From a virus (lineage: Duplodnaviria; Caudoviricetes), in IMG/VR virus record IMGVR_UViG_3300037484_000333, positions 1-64,000 of that record: a stretch of DNA of 64,000 bases, one strand, 5' to 3'. Every line of letters begins with the position of its first letter. Position 1 is the stretch's first letter. Below are positions 62,163 to 64,000 of the stretch, piece by piece. The notes beneath the pieces were generated by a model, which saw nothing but the letters and a program-made list of their open reading frames with translations, had not been told where the DNA came from and searched no databases. The translations under genes were made by a program, and so were the position numbers.

Positions 62163-63006
62163 CGCGCTAATATCGGAAGCGATAGAAGGAGATGCTTACT
62201 AAAAGTAAGCGCCTTACTATTAATTAGCTCTTTTACGCCCTATCTTTACACACTTTACACGATAAAAACATTATCTACTGTGTTTAGTTCCTTTATTGTC
62301 TATTCGTGTGCGATTGACAGCATATGCGAGCATATCATAGCAGGGTAATTCACATACGATGAGGTTGTTCGAGGATGTCTCGTATGCGATGTAAGCGCGC
62401 ACACGCATGTATCATATAAGGATAGCACGCTAGCGTGCGCGCCGAAGGCGGATATAGCGTATGCGGGAGATGGCGCACATGAACGTATCATATACACACA
62501 TGTCATGTATGATTAGCACACATAGGGATTGTTCGTATACGCAGGACAGTAGGGTGAGGGTAGGACAGTGCGGTGTGTGGCTGTGCGGTTAGGGTGCGTT
62601 CGGATGGTTGACGGTACTGGGGGATATTCGGTTCTGATGCTGGGCGGGTGGTATGTGGGCTTAGTCCCTACAGAAAATTTTACAGTTTTTCCGCTTTCCT
62701 GAAAGAGCACGTGGTACAAGTCCTATGAAAGTGCTCGACTCTCTGATAGGCACCATCGTAATGCTCCCAAACTGCGGTGGTGCACGCTTGCCAGTGATTA
62801 CAGTACTGGAGTTGAGGGGGCCAGTCAGACCCACATTTGGGACAGAACTCCCACCCACCTCGTTGGTATCTAGGTACCTTCTTTAGGTCGTCTTCGCACA
62901 ACCTTCTTCACACCTTCCCAAATCAATACCGCCGGTACCGCTATCGGTAGGAACAGTATGAAGGCCAGCCCCGCGACCGGTCCCCATACTAGTGACTTAA
63001 TAGTCT

Positions 63007-63246
63007 TCACGAATGGTGGCTACAGCTTGCACTGGTGGTTGTGGTGTAGCTAATGTCGTTGTTACTGGCTACGTAGGAGTTCCCAGCTCCATAGTATGTG
63101 GGGTAGTAAGTTGGGTATGTGGGGTAGCTACTAATATACCACTTGGCTCCCCATTCCTTACCACAGAGTCGGCAATACGCCACATCACAAATAGAGCAGT
63201 GTCCAATACTATAGTGGCTGCAATGTTGATGACCATGACTATGCAT
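63007..63246 (-). CDS. His/Cys-rich small protein
   Basis: HxHxHxHC...CSIC...C..CG. Confidence 0.5.
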   Translation of the reverse strand: MHSHGHQHCSHYSIGHCSICDVAYCRLCGKEWGAKWYISSYPTYPTYYPTYYGAGNSYVASNNDISYTTTTSASCSHHS

Positions 63247-63693
63247 TTAGTTCACCCCCTCTACAGTAAATGGGAACCACCCGCCGTCAATGGCGAATGG
63301 CCCCTTACCGTTCTTCCCTTGGGCCTCAGCGAACAGGATAAAGCTGCAACTGCCCACCAGGTCGGGCCGCCATGTTCCCTCCAGGTCAACCGAGTCCACG
63401 TTCGGCGACACGAATGGCCCGTAGTCTACCGTCACGTCCATCCCGTTGCGATATGTCGAGTAGTGGTGCTCCCAATAGCCGTGGTACACCCGGGTGCCTG
63501 CTTCGTACTGGCTGCACCAGACAACGCCGGCGGGGTACTTCACATGTCCATCTATGACCACATGGATGGTGGCGTATCCTCCGTACTGGGGATCGTTCAG
63601 CAACGTCGCCGTGGCCGTGGGCGAAGGATCTGCCCAGGCTGTGAATGGTACCATGCTAAGGGCCACCAGTAGGACCATAAATATGTATCTCAT
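63247..63693 (-). CDS. Secreted protein, leaderless first early gene
   Basis: Signal peptide MRYIFMVLLVALSMVPFTAWA; ATG 6 nt after the -10. Confidence 0.65.
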   Translation of the reverse strand: MRYIFMVLLVALSMVPFTAWADPSPTATATLLNDPQYGGYATIHVVIDGHVKYPAGVVWCSQYEAGTRVYHGYWEHHYSTYRNGMDVTVDYGPFVSPNVDSVDLEGTWRPDLVGSCSFILFAEAQGKNGKGPFAIDGGWFPFTVEGVN

Positions 63694-63699
63694 AGTTCT

Positions 63700-63736
63700 A
63701 TGATACCTTATCTCCGCGCCAATGTCAAGTGTAATT
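63700..63736 (-). promoter_or_regulatory. Early sigma70 promoter
   Basis: AATTACAC-TTGACA-17 nt-TATCAT. Confidence 0.75.
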
Positions 63737-63803
63737 TACAGGTTGCCTAATACGAGAATTGGGGTTCTGGGATCAGATGTCTATTAACATGGCCTGTCGG
63801 ACA

Positions 63804-63821
63804 TGATACAATTATAGGTGG
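63804..63821 (+). promoter_or_regulatory. Putative late promoter (divergent from the early promoter)
   Basis: TGATACAATTATAGGTGG, matches 12691-12708. Confidence 0.55.
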
Positions 63822-64000
63822 AAGGGAGACAGGCCTGTGAGAGGGCCGGAGTACCTTCATTACCCCCCCGTTCCGCTTAGGTGGGCGGGAAAGTGGGAGC
63901 GGTCAGGGTACCGTCGTCATGGAGACCGCTAGGGATGCGCCGTGGGTGGGGGCTCTCCCATCAAACTGCCAATGTTACACAAAGACAGACCCAAGTCGTC

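Noticed and set aside
1-64000. CRISPR array, DGR, integrase, terminase, portal
   Set aside because: No repeat-spacer array, reverse transcriptase, TR/VR pair, recombinase, terminase or portal motifs were seen. The DinG and Cas4-like genes have no cas neighbours.

Overview
The window is most of a tailed dsDNA phage genome (podovirus-like layout; terminase and portal are not in the window). About 1-31.2 kb (+ strand) is the virion and lysis module: three large putative internal/ejection proteins, scaffold, major capsid protein, a glycosyltransferase-methyltransferase fusion, adhesin/tail proteins and a holin. About 31.3-63.7 kb (mostly - strand) is the early/replication region: PolA, DinG-like helicase, Cas4/RecB-like and ERCC4 nucleases, AAA ATPase, UDG, phosphatases and many small ORFs. 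Four things stand out. (1) A complete five-gene ubiquitin-like conjugation operon (E2, JAB, E1, Ubl-Cys-rich fusion, di-Ubl ending GG-D) at 48.9-52.8 kb. (2) A Ro60/TROVE gene preceded by about 0.8 kb of structured ncRNAs, four or five of them Y-RNA-like, which the ORF track miscalls as ORFs. (3) A 90-nt tmRNA tRNA-like-domain mimic lying in frame inside a stand-alone NrdJ C-terminal-domain gene. (4) At least eight genes, including capsid and DNA polymerase, that appear to start at near-cognate codons (ATA, CTG, ACG, ATC). All calls come from reading motifs by hand; no database search or folding program was run.
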